Shown one piece after another: positions 23,668 to 36,080 of a stretch of 64,000 nt of DNA. This stretch comes from Zygnema circumcarinatum SAG 698-1b (lineage: Eukaryota > Plantae > Zygnematophyceae). The notes under the pieces were generated by a model. The model was not told the DNA's origin, did no database searches, and saw only the letters and a list, made by a program, of their open reading frames with translations. The stretch covers positions 3,038,001-3,102,000 of the forward strand of contig CM074813.1 of NCBI GenBank assembly GCA_037447605.1, read 5' to 3'. Position numbers and translations under genes: made by a program. Each line of letters begins with the position of its first letter. Positions within the stretch are counted from its first letter, which is position 1.

Positions 23668-26600
23668 ATGGCAACCTTTGGGACTGTGACCGCCCCGCTG
23701 CTGCACAACCCTAACAAAGATTATGAGGTATGCAGCCGCAAGGGAGCGCTCGCGTGGATGGACCTCTTAGTCCATACCTGCCTTAATTACGTCTCGCCTT
23801 TGCGATTCTGTATTTTTCTTTTTCATTTGCAGTCACCTTTTGGCTTTTGTTCGTGAATCTCTCGTTTTTAGGTTTTCCTTTCTGTGGTCGTTCTGGTGCT
23901 CCTGCAGGTGGTGCAGCCGCCAGACGATGGCATCTCCAGTTTGTCCTTCAATCCGAAAGCCAATTATCTTGTAGCAACGTCGTGGGATAAGCAGGTAACA
24001 AATTCAGGGTAGGGCGGGAGGGAGCGAGTGAGCAGAGAGTGAGGAGAGGGACGAGAGAAGTGAAGAAGAAAGTAGAGGGGGAAGGGAGGAGAGGTGCGGA
24101 TCAATGGGGGGAGGGGGGGGGGGGGGAGAAATGGGTGGGAGAGAAATTTTCAGCTCCATTTGATGATCTTTGTAAGTAAATTAGAGCAACTTGAGAAGGA
24201 AATAAAGTCTAGAATTTGAAGCTGAGCTGTAGAGAGGTTAGAAGGTGGCGCTGAACAGCTGGGAGGCTTTCAGGTGCGGTGTTGGGAGATTCTTGCCAGC
24301 GGCCAGAGCGTTCCGAAAGCAGCAACTCAACATGAACAGCCGGTATCTCCCTCTCTCTCGCTCTCTCGTTTTTTGTGTCTCTCTGCCTCTCTGTCTCTCT
24401 GTCTCTCTCTTCCTCTCGTTCTTCCCTTCCCAAATGGCCAAGCGCTTTTTCCAACCCCTGGCACAATCAATTCTGAACTTCGAAACTGAGTATTTTTCTT
24501 AAGTCAAGCTTTTTATACCTCAAAATCTTTAGCCTTGAAGCTTCTAAGTCTTCATATACTGTTTAAACTCTAAGCCCGATACTTAATTGGCGCTCTGGAT
24601 TTCTCAAAACTTCAGTCCATCTCCTAGCTTTGGAGAAACGTGCTTTGCAAAACACAACTGCGTCCTTAGAACCCGAACTCTTTATTTGCAACCCCCCTAC
24701 CCTACATCCCAAACCCTATTTTTTAAATCCGATATTCTTAAGGCTCAATGCCCCCAAACCACAAACTTTAGACCTTAAAACCTTGAATCCTATCCCTTTC
24801 ATCCCTAAAACCTAAACCTTTAATTTCAATACCTGATCAGCCAATAAACTCTGGTCCTTCAGTCCGAAACTTTAGCCCTTCAGTCCTAAATGCTGAACTC
24901 TACACTGTCATATCCTAAAGCCTATTTTTTGAAACCCTGAACCTTAGCTTTGAACCCTGAACCCGAGTCCTTCAAGTTTGAACACTAAACTGTTAGCCCT
25001 GAACCCCAGCCCTTGAACCCTATAACCCTAAACCCTGTATCCCGAGCCTCAGTCCTTGAACTCAAAACCCTAAACCCTAAATCCTAAACCCTGGACATTA
25101 GTCCTGGACCCTACCCCCTACCCCCTGAACTCCCTCCGGAACTGAACCCTACCCCCTCCCCCCTGACCTCCCTCCGGCCTTGAACCCTCCCCCCTGCCCC
25201 CTGACCTCCCTCCGGCCCTGAACCCTCCCCCCTGCCCCCTGACCTCCCTCCGGCCCTGAACCCTCCCCCCTGCCCCCTGACCTCCCTCCGGCCCTGAACG
25301 GCCCTGAACCCTCCCCCCTGCCCCCCTGACCTCCCTCCGGCCCTGAACCCTCCCCCCTGCCCCCCTGACCCTGCCCTCCGGACCTCCCTGGCCATGAACC
25401 CTCCCCCCTGCCCCCTGACCTCCCTCCGGCCCTGAACCCTGAACCCTGAACCCTGCCCCCTGCCCCCTGACCTCCCTCCGGCCCTGAACCCTGAACCCTG
25501 AACCCTGAACCCTGAACCCTGAACCCTGTCCCCTGCCCCCCCCCGGCAGGTCCTGTGTTCGGCGTGGCGCGACGACGGGCAGACGGTGTTCACGGGCGGC
25601 TGCGACAAACAGGCGCGGGCCTGGCCCCTCTTCGCGGGGGCGCCGCCGACCGCCGTCGGAACGCACAACGCGCCGATAGCGCACATCGCGTACGTGCCGG
25701 AGATGAGCCTGCTCGCCACCGCAAGCTGGGACAAGACCATCAAGTGGGCTCTCTCTCTCTCTCTCTCCCCCGCCTCTCCCACACTCTCTCTCGCTTTCTC
25801 TCTCTCGCTCCCTCTCTCTCTCTCTCCCTCTCCCTCTCTCTCTTTCTCTGCCTCTCTCTCCTTCTCTCTCTCTCTTTCTCTCGTGCAGAGGTCTGAACTT
25901 TCAGAATCCTACCAGCACCGTACTTAAGTCCTACCCTCGAACCCTAATTTTTCAAGCTTGTGTTTCCCGAACCTTGAAGACCGTGATCCCTCCGACCCTG
26001 CTCCCTGAACCCTACTCCGTGAGCCATGTTCTCTCAGGCCCTGTCCCCTGAGCCGCCCTCCCACCCCTCCCTCTCTCTGCTTGCAGGTATTGGGACCTCC
26101 GGCAGCCAAACCCTGCACACGTGCAGCAGCTTCCTGAGCGGCCCTATTCTATGAGCGTGAGGCATCCCCTCATGGTGGTGGCGACGGCAGACCGGAACAT
26201 CCTCATTTTCAACCTTCAAAATCCACAGGTCCAAAAAGAAACAGATATGCAATTGCGTATTCGAAACGAAGCTCTTTTCATCATGTACATTTTCGGCGTA
26301 TTTTTTGGAATCCTTAAGCAATCGGTTTGACGGTGTCTACGTGCGTCTCTGCTGATGAGAGGAAGCAGGTGGTGTTTAAATCCGTTCAGTCGCCTCTCAA
26401 ATTCCAAACGAAATGTGTATCCACGTTTCAGGATAAAGCGGGATTTTTGGTGAGATTTATATCTTTCAGGCACCTGTTTCAAGGAACTCGGCGTTGTTAA
26501 GAATCGGGGCAGCCTTTTGCTCATTGAGAGGGACAAACTTCTTAATTCGTCTGCATGCCATCCACTTGCTCAGGGAAAGAAACATGAATAGGAGTCTTTT

Positions 26601-28438
26601 ATTATCGACTTGGGTACTTCGTCAGGTTTCTACACTCCTGATTTTATCTTCTAGTAGGTTTGGGGTTTCCTTAGGGAGCTTTTCCCTCTCCCTTTTCCTC
26701 GTTTCCTCTCTCCTTTCCTTCTCTCTCCTCTCGTCTCATTCTCCTCCTCCTTCCTCTCCTTCTCTCTACTAATGACACGAAGGAGGTGGCTATTTCAGGT
26801 CGGTTCCATTGAAGGCAGAGTGGCCGTACAGCACATAGACGACAGTCTCGCCTCGAAGAATTTTACATTCAAATGTCACCGTGACAACAGCGAGATTTAT
26901 TCTGTCAACTCCATCAATTTCCATCCAGTACGCGTTTTGCATCTCCCCAACCTCTCCAGTCATCTCACCTATTTTCTTGAAAGAAACCTTCTTCTTTAGA
27001 AGAAGAAGGTCCTTCTCAACATTGAATTCTTCTACGCACCTTTCGTCTTATTTTCATTATTTGTGAATGTTGCTCATGTATGGAATAGTTTTCTCGTCTT
27101 TGGTTTGCATGCCATGCCCCTCCGACAATTGGTTCTCTTATCCTTTTTTATTTCTCATCCTTTTTTATTCTTCCTAAGTTTATTTTGTGACTGCGTTTGG
27201 CCTTGTATAGGTGTACGGAACTTTTGCAACGGCGGGATCTGATGGCTCATATAATTTTTGGGACAAAGACAGCAAGCAGCGACTGAAGGTGAGAATACAT
27301 GAATTCTTCGGTTCCAACGACTAAATAATTGACGGAAGCAAAAGCCGACAAGCCTTAACCACTTGTAAACTTTTTAGATTCCACTGTTTGCATAGCAGTA
27401 TAGTGACAAGGGTTCAAATGGTCTTTTTAAATAGGTATCACTACTCGAATGGATTTCATAGGCTTCATGGATTGAAGTTGTACGTCTGAAAGCTGGGTTT
27501 GGCGGCTAGTTGAGTTTGAAATACCGTTAGGATTTTGAGGGCTTGCTTTAAAGCTGGGAGGGATTTGGGGTTCAGGCCATGCAACGCTGCAATGAGCCCA
27601 TCCCCTGCGCCACCTTCAATAACGACGGCACTATATATGCATATGCTGTAACAACTCCTCTCCCTCTCTCCCTCTCCTCTTCTCCCCCTCTCCGTCTACC
27701 TCTCCCCTCCCCCTCCCCCTCTCCCTCTCCCTCTCGCCCCCTCCCTCACCCTCTCCCCCATCTTTCCCTCACTCTCCCTTTTCCCCCTCTCCCTCTCTTA
27801 ATCCCTCTTGCCCCTCCTCTTCCTCTCACTCTCTCCCGCCACTTTTACTGCCAAAACTCACCTCAGTTTTTTTTGCCTAATGAATCAAGAAAGGAGGAAA
27901 TTTTGACTCTTGTGACAGCACGACCGTATGAACCCTAAAACTCTTTCTGACTTGGCGCAGGTGAGCTATGATTGGAGCAAGGGAGCGGAAAATCATAATC
28001 CTGCTACTGCAAAGAATCACATTCTGCTGCACCCGACTCAGGTACGAACGAGATCGGAGTTATCGGAGTGTGCTGTAGAGTATTTCAAAAATTGCTGATT
28101 GAATCATGCAAAATAAATCCGCAAGTTTATAAATGAGAGGCTTTATCAAGGTAGTGCGTGTTGTAACCATTCGCCTTTCTTCCACTTCTTACTCCCCCTC
28201 CCCTACTTTTGCTCTCGCCTGCCCCATTTCACTCGTCCCTTTCCTTGTGCCCTTCTCCTCGTGCCTTCGAACATCAAAAGCACCTCATATCACAGGTTGA
28301 CTTGCTCCCATGAATCTGCTCTCCTTTCACCTCTGTGTTTTGCTTTTAATGTCGTTTTGCGCTTGGCGTTGTCAGGACGCTGAAGTGAAAGCCAAACCAA
28401 AGCAAGCGACTGCCGGAGGGGGAAGCAATCGGCGCTGA
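23668..28438 (+). CDS. RAE1: mRNA export factor RAE1 (WD40), 11 exons
   Basis: Spliced MATFG...[42 protein letters not shown]...SWDKTIKYWDLRQ...[12 protein letters not shown]...FTFKCHR...[23 protein letters not shown]...[12 protein letters not shown]...[20 protein letters not shown]-stop. Confidence 0.97.
24940..25540. repeat. Telomere-like (AAACCCT / TGAACCC)n tracts and ~38-bp C-rich minisatellite in RAE1 intron 3
   Basis: aaaccctaaaccctaa at ~25065-25090. The unit ccctgaaccctcccccctgccccctgacctccctccgg repeats ~9 times at 25110-25480. (TGAACCC)n runs at 25432-25455 and 25484-25527. Confidence 0.9.
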
Positions 28439-28844
28439 GTTCTCCTTCATTGTTTGACAGAAGGGATGAGGTCAGATCAAATCCGCTGAGGGAAGGGAAG
28501 GTTTGGAAGCAGAACAGTAGAACAGGTGTACACAGACCCGTTACGTTGCACAGATTCGTAGGTCCTCCATCAACTGACAACTGAGCTCAACATGTACCAC
28601 CAAATTAGCGGCATTGTACATTGCTTTTTTCGATAAGCTCGCTGTCCATAAGAGGTTTTTTGGTGTTGAGGGCTGAGAGTTAGAAGGTTCCAACGTAGGG
28701 CTTAGTTGTCCAGTTGTAACGAGCGGAGCCGGCAGTTCCAAGGAAGAAATACTGGCGTTAATGTTTTTTACATGAAACTCCCCAAGTCTATGCGTGGTGG
28801 GTGGGGCTATGTCCGTGCAGGGGTGGGGGAGGTGGAGAAGAGGA

Positions 28845-29035
28845 GGGGGGAGGGGAAGGGGGAGGGAAAGGGAAAGGGTAAAGGGAGGGGGGAGGGGAAG
28901 GGGGAGGGAAAGGGAAAGGGTAAAGGGAGGGGGGAGGGGAAGGGGGAGGGAAAGGGAAAGGGTAAAGGGAGGGGGGAGGGGAAGGGGAAGGGGGAGGGAA
29001 AGGGAAAGGGTAAAGGGAGGGGGGAGAGGAGGGGA
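28845..29035. repeat. 36-bp G/A-rich tandem repeat x~4.5 between convergent RAE1 and HUA1
   Basis: Unit gggagggggaggggaagggggagggaaagggaaagggtaaa-like, repeated almost perfectly. Confidence 0.85.
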
Positions 29036-29955
29036 GGGGGGCCATGGGGGTCTTAAAATGCTACTTGTCCCGGCTGCTTCACAAGCCTCGCACATGTGGA
29101 AGGTTGAAGTCCAGCAATTGAAGCTAGTTGAAAGACTTTGAGGTTGAAGTACTCTTCAAGTCAGGCCCAGATTGGCCCATGTGCCGGGAAACCCACCCGA
29201 AGCCACACGTATGTGCGAGCAGACAACATATCTTTTAGTCCATGGCGCTGCTGAAGGCCTTGTCATGAAACTTTCCCCTTGCATCACACATCCCAGACAT
29301 AAAACCATTGCAGCCCAAAAAAAAATAAAAAAATTGCAAAAAACAGACAATTTCCCGCATTCTCAAGCAGCCTCAGCGCATGAAGTTCCTTACAGAAGAG
29401 AGAAAGAGAGAGAGAGAGAGAGGACTGCTGCTCTATGTACAGACAATCCCATCAACCCCGCACTTAGAGCTCTTACCCTCCTGTCTCCCGCCATAAACCC
29501 CAACCCGCCTACACGCCTCTGTTCCATTGTCACCAACTGCCTACCGCTAAAACCTCCTCCACAAAAAAGATTCTCGGACTCCCTGATGCTTCCTAGGAGG
29601 CCCTAATTACTGCAGGAAGCGATACCCCTCCGCCCGCTTACACGCAGACTACACCCTAGCGCCTAGGGCCTAGACACCTTCAATGGCCATAGTAATCCAT
29701 AACATAGAAGGCATGCATGCATCCATGCATACACCAGTCCGCACAGGTTGGTGGCACTGTACAGTAGGACCCTCGGGCCACAACCTTCCTTGTCGCGCCT
29801 ATTTAGCGTGCCTCCTCCTCGGTCTTCCTTACCGCCAGTCCTCTTTTACACTCTCCTACCTCCCTCTGCCTCTGCACTACGCATTTGCATGCTCATAATA
29901 TTCATATATCCCTCTTTAGGGCAAACATCATTCTTCGTGAACCATATTATGTATC

Positions 29956-32900
29956 TCACGCCTGTCCATTAGCTAATCCTTCCTTTTCCACAGCCTCCAC
30001 GACCTGACAGCTTGCGATCCCGTCCGGTAACGCCTCTTCCCTCGTACCCTCAAAGGCAATAGTGCCTTCACTCACTCCACCACCTTCACCTTTCCCTTCA
30101 CCGTCAGCTCTGCCTCCTCGCTTCAACTCTGCTTCACCTTCGACTCCTTCACCGACAGTTGTAGTTAGAGGTTCCAATGAAGCAGGTTGGCCTTCTGCTT
30201 GCAGGGCCGAACTTTCTTTCTGTGCAGCCAGGGCTACTGCTTTAGCTGCAGCTTCCCCTGGAGGAGGATGATCATACTTGCAGTCCGCCCCATACTTGCA
30301 GGTCCCCGTCTGCACGTCACAACAGTTCGCAACTGTAAGACTGTACGCACTAAACAGCCTCAGAAAGAGCGGAAGTTACTACTATCCATTATTCCAGAAA
30401 CTTCTTCAATTACTCGTAAGACTGGTTCACCTTAGGGGCACGAATTTACACAATGTCAGAAATGATTTCGGTGTGGCACAAAGCCGCCACGCTCACATTA
30501 GTATCCATAACTGTGTGAACTTCCATAGGAAATCGAAAAAGAGCATGACTTCAAACTATTAGTGTGCATCCATGCGCAAGAGAACCTCTACACTATATTG
30601 TCGAAGTTTATGACACGTTAACATACCTTCATGTAAAAAGGGCAAGCAACTTCACCCTGCATACAAAAAGAACCAACCCCGAAGACAGAGCTCAAAGGAA
30701 GAAAGATTTTCTCAACTACAACGAGAATCAGTAGCTGTAGTACTAGTGATTCTTCTGTGCAAAGTGCAGACAGAAGCAAGAGCATCACAATCTGCAAGTT
30801 TTATCATATGTAAGAAGACAAATGAAGCTCCCAGTGTAACGACAACAAAATGAAAACTAAATAACAATTGTCAGGTGCGTCATGTACCTCTCGGCGTGGA
30901 TATCCTGCTGGTGTTAGCTTAACAGGAAGCTTGATGGGCATCAGTGGTTTGACTGTGGTAGTGCCGGCAGAAGAAATGCGAACCCGCGGGTGGTGATACT
31001 TGCAGGTATGACCATACTTGCAGGTTCCCGTCCTCATATAGAACTGTTCAAACAGGGATATACAAAAACCTTCGGTTCATACAAAAAAACGAGACTGAAC
31101 TACGTTTTCCAGAACGAAGGAGAACACAAGTCCTCATCACCCCCTATAGGACCGTTTGCCTCCCATTCGGTTCACACATGAAGCATATTAGATTCGTAGC
31201 TGAATTTGCAACAAAAAAATGAAAAATCTGAAAAGACAGTTCCGTTGCTCCATTCATGTCGGTGCTTACAGGGCATTCAGGTTCGCCTGGACGTTCAGGA
31301 AATCCCGCCCTTAGAGACAACGGTCCTGGAGGGATTCGCATCTCCACGATATCCTGTAACACAGAAACGGAGCAAAAAAAACAAGTAAGCACATCAACCT
31401 CCTTCGCTACGGAACTCAACATCATACTTTCTAGGAACGAGAAGTAAAGTACAAAAAAAGAAATCAAACAAATGACAAAAAAAAACGATCACCCAATCCT
31501 GCTATCCACGCCTCTTTAATACAGTGCTTATCATCAGTAATAAAGAGATTACTTACAGAGGGTTGGGCGAGCAAGCCCACACCACCATTGGATCCTGAAG
31601 ATTAGAAACACAACGACCACATCAGCAAAGCTTCATAATGGCACTCAAGAAGCAGTCTGCAGAACCAACCTGTCTGCTCGCTGTGGTGCACTATCATAAG
31701 CGAACGTCTTGGATAGATGCTTCCAATACATTTTGTCTCTATGACGCAATTTGTAACTCAATCTTTATCAAAGCGTTGGAATGTGTTCATACGTTATTCG
31801 TTTAACAAGATCAGTTGCTGATGGCTTACCATAAAACGATTCAGGATGATTAAATTTGCAGTTTGCTCCAAATCGGCAGCTGCATAAAACAGAAACATTC
31901 AGTTTCAAGTGAGCGAAAGTACAAAGAACACGGCCAGCGATGCAGCTGAAGAGCAGATCACAACCTGAAAGTTGTGTTCCTAAGATTTTCCGGATATGTT
32001 ACCTTCCACTCTTCATGTAAAAGCTGCAATCGAGCTCACCCTGCATAAGTTCCCACCACATCAAACAATTACTTCAAAGATAATGATCATGTCGTCGATA
32101 AACTAGCAGATAACTGATCCTCCAAGTCGAATTTTGAAACGTGCTTTTATCACGTCAGCCAAGCAACTGCCAACATCCAGATAGCTATCAGAATCTGCGC
32201 TGACGCATTCAGAACTGCACAGCAAAGGATCCACTTCATGGCTGATGAAAATAATCGTCTGCTCACCGGTCGTAACGGAAATCCTTTTAAATTCAATGGG
32301 GCCGGGGTCCCAAAAGCTCCGTTACTTCTTTCCAACCCTCGCCATCCTATTTCGCTGTCCTCCCCTCCAAGAGCAATCTTGGCAGCAGACATAGCTGCAG
32401 CTGCTGCAGGAAGGAGCGAGGTTGCTGCTGCAGCTCTCTCATCAAACTCTCCATCGCCATACGACCAATTCAGAGCTGCCTCCGCAGCTGCAGGGTGCCG
32501 AACAAAGACATGATCGTCTGCAAGTTCCTCCGAGACGGCAATGTCGTGTGCAGACGACAAACCCAGGCTTTGCCGAACCGCGTGCGGATGATGGTATTTG
32601 CATTTCTGTCCAAACTTGCAGGTGCCGTGCTTCATGTAAAACTGCAGCGGCAGGCAATCACTTTTGCGTAAGCAAGAAGTCATTTTTGCGTCCACTCTCA
32701 GCAATTTGTGCAAACTAAAACCTTCATGCTTGCAGGAACACGACAAACGGCATAGCAATGGGCTGCTCCCTCAACAAACATGGACAAACCAGACGTCCTT
32801 GTTCTGATTCAACCCTGTTTGGGGTTCAAAATGATCTTGTTACCCATGCTTTGGAGATATTTCTTTGGGTCAGCCAAAGGAGTAACTTTCAGCAGTAACT

Positions 32901-34367
32901 CTCTGAGAAGTAATCCGCTCAAGAATAAGATTTGAGCAACAACATCCTGAGAGCAATGCTCCTGTGCTTGCAAAAAGTAGGAGCCTACCGCACATTCTGG
33001 CTCCCCTGGGCGCTCCGGGAAGGCGTAGTTGCCACTGGGATCTTTTGACAGACCGCCTGGAGGCACCCAGGAGGGGTGGTCATATCTGCAGGAAAGGCCA
33101 TAACTGCATGATCCTGTTTTCATGAAGTATGCACATTCTTTCTCTCCAGGCCTCTGCGGAAACTGAGCAGTCAGCAAAGGAAGGCTCTCGGCTCTCGGTT
33201 TCTTTGCTAAATAAGACGATAAGTATGGATTTCCTGAGCCATGAGGTCATGCCATGCAAAACAAAAGAAAAAAAACGTGACTCGGCCGTATAGAATACGT
33301 GCGGGAGAGGAGTGGGAGAGGGTAAGACAGAGAGAGATCATGTTATGTAGCGATGAATATCCAGATAATCGTCAGATTATATTCAGGATTTAAAATAAAG
33401 TGAAGTTGGTATGAGGTAGGCCAGAACATTCGATAGGTGACAGAATTTTAAGTATAGGATTCAAGTAAACGCAGATGTTTGGTCCATATAAGCGTCGTAG
33501 TAGTAATAATCGTTAACCGAGTATCGCCGTGGTAGAATATACGTGGAAGTAACAAGCATCGCCGGCACCATCCAGATAACCAAGCACATCAAAATGGTAT
33601 TAGAGGAGGAGGAGGGTTAATCAAGATACGTTTAGCTATGTAAAGATTGGCAGCTGCTAGTTATTCATGTAGCGGTTTTAAGTACTAGCAGAAATCTTCC
33701 TCGTTCCCTCCCTCTCCGTGTGCACCTTCTAAAAGCGATACTTTGCAGAGCGCACTTTCTCTCCTTGTACCGTCTGCCTTTCACTCTCTCTCCTCTCTTA
33801 CCGCCGGGTCCAAAACCTTCATACCAAATCTCTAGCCCTATATATCTCTCTCTCCCGCTCTCGCTCTCTCCCTCTCTCTCCCCCCCCCTCCCACACATAC
33901 ACACCCTCTCTCTTTCTCCCATCCTCCATCCTACAGACCTCCCAAACAGAGGCAGTTTTAGCAGCAGCTCATCGGAAGCTTTACCTTCCTTTCCAATCCC
34001 GCCAGCATAAGGCGCCATCCGACGCTTGGACCTTCAACCTTTCCACAGCACAGAGGAGGCACGCACCTCCGTCCAAGGGCCGCTTCATGGCTCCGCCGCC
34101 TCCCTGAGGGGGGGCGTAGTAGTGCACCGCCGCCACGTCATCGTGCATCACGCTCGGCCCGCCATACTGCCGCGTGGCAGAGGGAGCGCGTGACGCCACG
34201 TGTCCTGCAGTGCTCGGCACAAGCGCCATGGCGGGCCCTCCGTACTGCTGATGCAGGTCCTCCTCCTCCGCCGCCAGCATGCCTCTGCGCGCCCTCTCGT
34301 ACGCGTACATCTGGCTCTCCAGCTCCCACATCTGCTGGACATCCCGTCCGTACATCATCCTGTCCAT
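29956..34367 (-). CDS. HUA1: Tandem CCCH zinc-finger RNA-binding protein, HUA1/C3H37-like
   Basis: Exons give YLAKKPRAE...FPQRPGEKECAYFMKTGSCSYGLSCRYDHPSWVPPGG, PERPGEPEC fingers, LNLKGFPLRPGELDCSFYMK and [41 protein letters not shown], which match the HUA1 linkers. The ATG at 34367 is inferred and the small middle exons (31330-31740) are not fully resolved. Confidence 0.88.
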
Positions 34368-36080
34368 GGCGGCAAACGGGCAACTCCTGCCCCCTCCCTG
34401 TTCGGTCAACTCCTCCGCCTCCAACAGTCGAGGTTTTATAAGGGTTCAAAAAGGCGCAGCCATTCAGATAAGAAAGCCCTTCCTTCCCTCTGTGACGGCT
34501 GCTCCAGGAGCCAGGCAGGCAGGCAGGCAGGGTTTAAGAGGAGGAGCGGAGACAGGTTCAGGGAAGCCACCTTGCAGCCGCCGCCATGCACAGTGCCTGC
34601 CACGCGGCGGCCCGGGGTGCTAAACCCTCCGCCACGTAGACCACTCAGTGGACCTCGGAGTGGATCACTGATAACAACGCTGGAGCCGGCACATGAGGAG
34701 GCGCCACGTGGCCGATTGGCCCACGAGAGGGTGTCTGCGCACGTGTTGCGCATATGGACGTCAAAGAGGATTGGCTCGGTGGATCCCATTGATCAACCTG
34801 TGCGGCCAGATTCTGCATATTCTGGCGGATCAACCGACGTGTGGCGGGCAAATATCGGGAGAGGAGGCCCTAAACGACAGATGTCGTGCCAGGAAGCCAA
34901 TGGGGAGCGGACGTCAGCCAAATCTGCCAAATCTGAGTTTGTCGGGTAGGGGGCCGTACCGACGGCCAGCTACCCGACAACGGCTGTCGTTTGGTAGCAG
35001 GGAACAAGCGTGGAAAAGACGTCCGAACTTTGTCTATGTGTCTATGTTACAGTTAGGTAGTTAAATAGCTTGGGGACTGTTGGCGGCATTGTGAAACAGG
35101 GAACGTCAACGTGAAACTGGAACTGGAACTGCAGCATGTTTCGAATGGTCGATCTCGCAGGTAACCATGTAACCATGGGCGGAACAGAGGTCGCTCTTGG
35201 AGATATTCTACAAGAAGGCGGTTTCATGGAAGCGAATACGCTTTTACATTTTCTTAAAGAAGAAAATTTCCTGCTTGGTTACTTGGGAAATCGCTTGTCA
35301 TCGGACCTGTTCGTTTAATTAGTTCTGGATTTAAGAAGGTCACGAGTCACAAAAAAAAAAGAGAAAGTTTTCTTTCCATTTTTTATAGCGACATCACACC
35401 GATCGGTCGTTGTGGGCTGTGAGGACAGTGAGTCAGCATGCAGGAAATTTAATGAGCGGGAGCAGAGAGAGAGCAGAGAGCCACAGAGAGCCAGGATAGG
35501 AAGACTGTAAACGAGGAAATGAAAAATGTGAACGTAGTGAGAGAAAGAGAGAGAGTGAAGACCACACAATTACAACCTCCTGACACCCCCTCATGAAACA
35601 AGCGGAAAAAAAAACCTCCAAGACCACACAAAGCAGGGCACACGAAACTCGCTCTCATTCAACCAAGTTAATTTAGTTTCAATTTCATTAACAGAGGAAA
35701 CAATAATGGTTAATTTTTGGCAACAGTACCTTCAGATCAAATCTGTAAAAATCGCTGCATTCGATGGAATGCCTTTTTCTACGCGCAAGAGCCCAAGCAG
35801 CAGCACAGCCTTATCATCATCCCAACTCTCGGTTCCATAGCCGCCCCCGCATTATTTCCTCCTGTGGCAATTTTCTGCTCAGAAAAACTCTGACGCCTGG
35901 ACGCGTAGGCTTTCTATACATATGTACATATGTATAGAGCATACAACATAAAGCTTCGTGCATCATGTGGTCACATCATCGTTATCATCGACTTTTTCGT
36001 CGCCTCCTTTTATGGCCCATTCTGTGTTACCCTTTGCTCCCCACGGCACATACAACGTGTGACTATTCACATGAGTTAAA

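Noticed and set aside
29759-29774. TACAGTAGGACCC match to the foldback terminus
   Set aside because: Only ~13 bp match and no partner end was found nearby.
35136-35318. 60-aa ORF MFRMVDLAGNHVTMGG...
   Set aside because: Protein-like composition, but no recognisable motif, splice partners or other support.
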